Below, piece after piece: positions 59,056-64,000 of a stretch of 64,000 nucleotides of DNA (positions are counted from its first letter, which is position 1; each line of letters starts with the position of its first letter). The translations under genes and the position numbers were made by a program. A model generated the notes under the pieces. The model saw nothing but the letters and a program-made list of their open reading frames with translations. It did not search any database and was not told the DNA's origin. The DNA comes from Hemiscyllium ocellatum (taxonomy: Eukaryota). The stretch covers positions 38,378,001 through 38,442,000 of the forward strand of contig NC_083423.1 of NCBI RefSeq assembly GCF_020745735.1, read 5' to 3'.

Positions 59056-62051
59056 TCTTTGTAGATAATGGATTTTGATCAATCCTGAAAATGTAAACAA
59101 GAACATTTAAGCATTACTGTGTCATACTAAATTTTATGAAGGATCACTATACAAAAGTCTTGCATCTATTTTCTTTTTGACCATATACACCAATTTTATA
59201 TAAACTTGATTCCGAATCAGTCAGGTTAATATTTTTCATGGTTTGGATTTTTGCTGGTTGACTGTTAAGTCCCTGCCTAAGTGACACACTGTGCTGACTT
59301 GGGAGTGTATCACCATTATTCTACTGTTGCTAGGTCAAAATTGCAGAATCCCAAACAGTCTTGTGAATGCTGTACCCCACAGACTGCAATAGTTCAAGCA
59401 AGGAGGTCACCACCAAATTTTTAAAGGCAGTCAGTGTTGGGCCAAAAATACTGAACAAGCTAGCTAGTGACATATCTCATGAAAGAATAAGGTTTTCAAA
59501 ACAAATCAAACATTTGTTTATTGTTCTTTTAAATTGGGAAGATCTGACCAATAATTAATATTTACTTTCTGATCACTTCAGAAATTGATGTGTTTAAGAG
59601 GGCCTATTAGAAATAAACATTTGCTTTAAATTTAATGAAATTGTGAAATAAGTTGTAATATGTAAAAATTTAAATATGTATGATGAATAACTAAAACCAT
59701 TTTAAAGTCATATCTTTATTTTTAATATAGGTTTTGTACCTGAAAGATGCCAAGAGTATATTTATGCAGTAATTGTTATTTATATGTATATTTGTAGCCT
59801 TTAAAGATTTATATTCTAGGTCATATTATACACTGATAGTTATTCTTCTGCTTCAAAAATAAATATTGGGTAAAATGCATTTTGTCAACAGTAGGTCAGC
59901 TTTTCTTTAATAAACCTTAACCTACTTATTGCCATTATAATAAAAATGTAAGAGTTCTGAATTTTAAGGTAAAACATTTCATAGCTGGTTTACAGATGCA
60001 TTAGCTACTAGGGTAAAAATTACAGTAATTACTATAATATCTGAACATCTCTCCAAATGGAATGTACAATCTAAATAAAACATAGCCCAGCAGCAGACTC
60101 TGTGATATGTTATTTTCAAGGTGCCATATATAAATGCAGGTTGTTGTATTCTGTCAAGTAGAATGCTCAACAGGAGTCACAGTAAGATACTATTCAGCTA
60201 TTCAGTCAGTTCCAGATATTTTAGTAGAAGGGGAAAGATTAAATGAATATTTTGGGGTTCACTTTTCTTGCAAATATACTCTTTACATCAATGCACCAAG
60301 TTTGTACTTCCATGCAGATTACAGGTGCATACTTTGGCATTACTGAAATTTCCTAACTGAAAAACTGCAATTAGTTTCTTAAATGAGAAAGATAGACCAT
60401 CGTGTAGTCTACTATCAAGTGTGCACTATTGTCATTTTACATTGTATTGAGTGATTTCTTATTTAATGTGAACACCTAATTTTACATGTTGCATTGTCTT
60501 TTTAAAATTTATGTATGGATAAATCTACAAGATGCAAGTTCTTAAAGTATTGCATAATTGGTCAAATGTACCAGATCAGATTTCTAGTGCCTTGCAAATC
60601 TGATGGTCTCGGAGTTAGCTAAGCTCCGCAGCAATGACCACATATCACTGGGATAGGAAAGGAAATCATTGGTCAAGGGTCCTGCTCTATATCACTGTCT
60701 AGTTCCACCTAAAGGAACTAATTAGATAACTGTTAGAAAAGTAATATTTCAGAATGGATATTAATGTTTAAAAGTGTTGTATTGCTGCCCTCTTCTGACC
60801 ATATTTAGATAGTAACAGGTGCATTGGAATTAATCACAAATATGATGTACTGCAATTATGGGGTGATTCTGAAAATAATTTTAATATTCTGATTTGCTAT
60901 ATCAGTTCTTTTTTTGATTACACCAAAAATTGATTATAAAACTTAATATATGATTGTGCCTGATTCAAATTGTTAATCAAAACACATAAGCAAAAATATG
61001 CTTTTTGGCTTTGTATGAAAAATAGTTACAGACAGAAGCTCAACATTTGATGTGCTGCTATCTGGTTCATTTCTGCATGAATAATAAGTGTGGATTATCA
61101 ACTACTTATTCTTGCTTTCTTAATTAACTCTGAACTCTAACCCAGCCTTCTCATGTTCTTTTCATTGACCATGATATATGTATTCACAAATTGATTATGG
61201 CATGAAGTGGGAGTACTTAGAATTTATGGCTTGGCAAAATGTATTTTCTCAGTGGCTTGGATTTGGCAATCAGCGAAGTGACAGCACATCTAACTGACTT
61301 TTAAAAATCATGTCCACAAATATTTTGCAATCTGTGTCACAGATTTCCATTTAACTGATATTAATTTAATTTTGGCACCAACTGGAAGGTATCTCCAAAT
61401 GTCCAGGTGAATTGATTTAATCAAGTAGACAACCAATCACATTGAAAAATTCACACTGATGTCAAACCTGGAATTAAAGTTATAGGTTATCCATCATATT
61501 TTGCAAATTTGATAGTGTGAAACAAAGATTGGAGCATCCACATGACTTGGAGTTAACATGAACTTTTGTAGAATCTCAAATCTGTTTCGTAATATGCACC
61601 TTGAACCATGAACTTTGTAGGAATTAGTGATCCCATCAGAAAATTATTTCAAACCTTGGTACAACTTATATTTGCTGTGATAATACTTGTAATAATATTG
61701 TATGAAAGTAATTTTCTTGTTATAATATGCATTGTATAATATCTGTATCAGAATTTGATGGCAAATTATTTTAGAATAGATGAGATTGAGTTCAGTAGAC
61801 TAATGTACATTTCACAATTCTTCCCTTTATAAGTGTTGTGTGTCTCAGGCACAGATATCTGGAGGATGGCAAATCTCGAAAAAGCTAAAATGTTATTGAC
61901 AGTTTATTCTGATTATCTTTCTTTAAATTTTCATAATTACTTGGGCACAGACCTAGTGAAAACAGCACAGAACGTAATGTAGAAACCCACTTCAAAATGA
62001 ATGATTTTTACTGTTTATTTTTAAGAGTGAATAGTTCATTTTCTGGCTTAC

Positions 62052-63010
62052 CTTTTCTCTAGAAGTTTCTTTAGCTTCTAAAGTACCTGACATATTCAAG
62101 TTGATTTCATAAGCCTGTTAATCAGTGCCATGAATTTAAATTAGGATACTTCATTTGACATTGGAATAGACTCCAAAATTTAACTATTTGCATTTCCCTA
62201 CATTTGAACCACTTGAGTTTGTGACTCTTATTTTATGATTGAAAAATTGTTCTGATATTCTTTGCAGTTAATAGAATAAATGCCAAAATATTGGTGCTCT
62301 AGCCGTTGAAGAAATATAAGCTGGGCTTTCGCCATGGATATTGTACACGTATTCCATTTCTGCCAGATTCTAGCACCTTTTTTTCAGTTTGCTTTTAAAT
62401 TTCATTCATGATGTGCATTACTGATAAGTCCCAAATTATGCTATTAGTCACTGTAAGCCATATATTTCCAGTAATAACAGGCGTTGCACTCCGTTGAGAT
62501 TCTTTAATTGCTGAATATGATTTTTGTTTCCTTTTAATGAGATTTGAAAGTAGCTTGCATAATTAGGATGCAAAATTGATTTTCCATAGTATAAAGCTGA
62601 GAGTAGTTTACAGGAATTGAAATAAGCTGTTTGCATTGCTGGTTTGTAGATTCCACTATTACATTTTTTTTTGGTTTACTTAATACCTCCTTAAGGAAGC
62701 AGTTTGCCATAGCGTAATAAAATGGCAATGAAAAACATAGAAGTCTCTCATATTCTTAATGCCTTATCAAGGTCAAACTCGATAAACACATTCAAATTGT
62801 ATTGGTTTGCTTCATGATGTCAGAATGTTCTATGATATTTCAAATAATCTGGACCATTTATGCGACCCTCTTTGGCTGTCATTCTATGAATTGAAATTCA
62901 GGTTTCACACTGCAGTAGTGACATGCATAACATCGGTGATGGGGTCTTTGAATTTCTGCTGCAGTCATTAGGGGTTTTCATTGGTATCATGTCCTTAATT
63001 TTTGCTTTTC
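62052..63010 (-). other. GPR22: Candidate long non-coding 5'UTR exon of GPR22
   Basis: Strong minus-strand acceptor ttctttctctttttgcag| at 63010 and donor AAG|gtaagc at 62052, upstream of the coding-exon acceptor. No transcript evidence. Confidence 0.45.
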
Positions 63011-64000
63011 CTGCAAAAAGAGAAAGAACAAACTTGGTCAAGTAGTGATCTGCGTACTTTAAAGAGGTAACTTGTGAATTGTTAACAGATTGTTATGATT
63101 GTATTATCTTTTGTATGGAAAGAAAGTGATTTCCATTCAGTATAATTGTATTGGACCCTTAATAGAATTCTTGGAACCACAGAAAAATTGTGTGACAGCA
63201 ATTCCTCTTACCATTCAGCCTATTGTGTGGACCAGAGATGTGAACCAATTTCTAGATTCTTTGAATTGCTGTAATTAGACAATTTGAATCCTTGTCCTCA
63301 ATTTTATGCTGAGCATAGTCCAAAAAAAAAACTAGTTGATTAGTCTTGGTCAAATACTCTAGGAAAGGAAGAGGAACTAGCTGCGGAGGAAACCTTCTCA
63401 TCACTCACTTGTGCCTACAAACGTGTTTGAGGAGAGCTATGAATACTTTATAATATCTCAACAATGCTAAATTGCTGGCTGCTGAGTGGAAGGTATAATC
63501 GAGTAAATTAGGAGGGAGGAAATTTAAAAATAAAATATGCCATCTTAAATAAAATGAGAATTTTAGCAGAAGAATAAATCTCAGTGAAACTGATTTGAAA
63601 AGGATAAAATAATAAATGAATGCCAGTAAATTTGTGAATAGCAGTTATCATGTAAATGTGTATGATTTAATATTTTACTTCTATGCTATATAAAACAAAT
63701 TACAAAATGAGTTTAATTTGAACATTTTGTGTAAATTAAATGTAATTCAGTAAATTAATGTTACAAAATTGTGAAAAATTGACTTAAACTTGCAGTAATG
63801 TCTGATGATACATTTTAGCATTAACAGTTTGGACTAGCATTGCTCATTGGCTTTGTTCACTATGCAAAGGAAATGTGATGAATTTAGTGAGGCTAGATTT
63901 GTATTTAATCCTCACTCAATACTTCATTTGTTTAAAGATACAGCTAGTATATCCAAATAAAATTGAAGTAGAGGAAATAGAATTTTTTTTCTCTGAAAAT

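Noticed and set aside
59056-59106. 17-aa N-terminal extension of GPR22 in the ORF track (MFLFTFSG...)
   Set aside because: It spans a polypyrimidine tract and the AG acceptor at 59085-59086, so the upstream ATG is probably intronic. The homologous start is MCF at 59055.
61840-61930. tctcaggcacagatatctgga, weakly resembling COG5 exon 7 (SQGIDLSG)
   Set aside because: No sustained similarity to the expected DYLSQGIDLSGIEVIENDL and no matching phase. Exon 7 is probably outside the window.

Overview
Vertebrate genomic DNA, AT-rich and repeat-dense. The repeat content (HE1-like V-SINEs, CR1/HER1-like LINEs, Deu-domain SINEs, Penelope-like elements) points to a cartilaginous fish, probably a shark; this is an inference. 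The window holds: (1) a complete DUS4L gene on the minus strand (6 coding exons, 21632->9734, 945 nt, 314 aa); (2) COG5 exons 1-6 on the plus strand (22134-44449, continuing beyond the window), head-to-head with DUS4L across a ~500 bp CpG-rich bidirectional promoter with six CCAAT-like boxes at ~31-bp spacing; (3) the single-coding-exon orphan GPCR GPR22 on the minus strand (59055->57814), nested antisense in COG5 intron 6 and apparently C-terminally shortened; (4) a second CpG-rich promoter at ~2.1-2.5 kb, probably BCAP29 exon 1 by synteny. The most striking non-gene signal is about a dozen minimal type I hammerhead-ribozyme motifs (CUGANGA-stem II-GAAA-CG-UH) from at least four Penelope-related repeat families. 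Two have intact cores and lie in the inverted arms of a GIY-YIG Penelope insertion (45655-46827). Gene identities come from my recollection of the human proteins; no database search was run.
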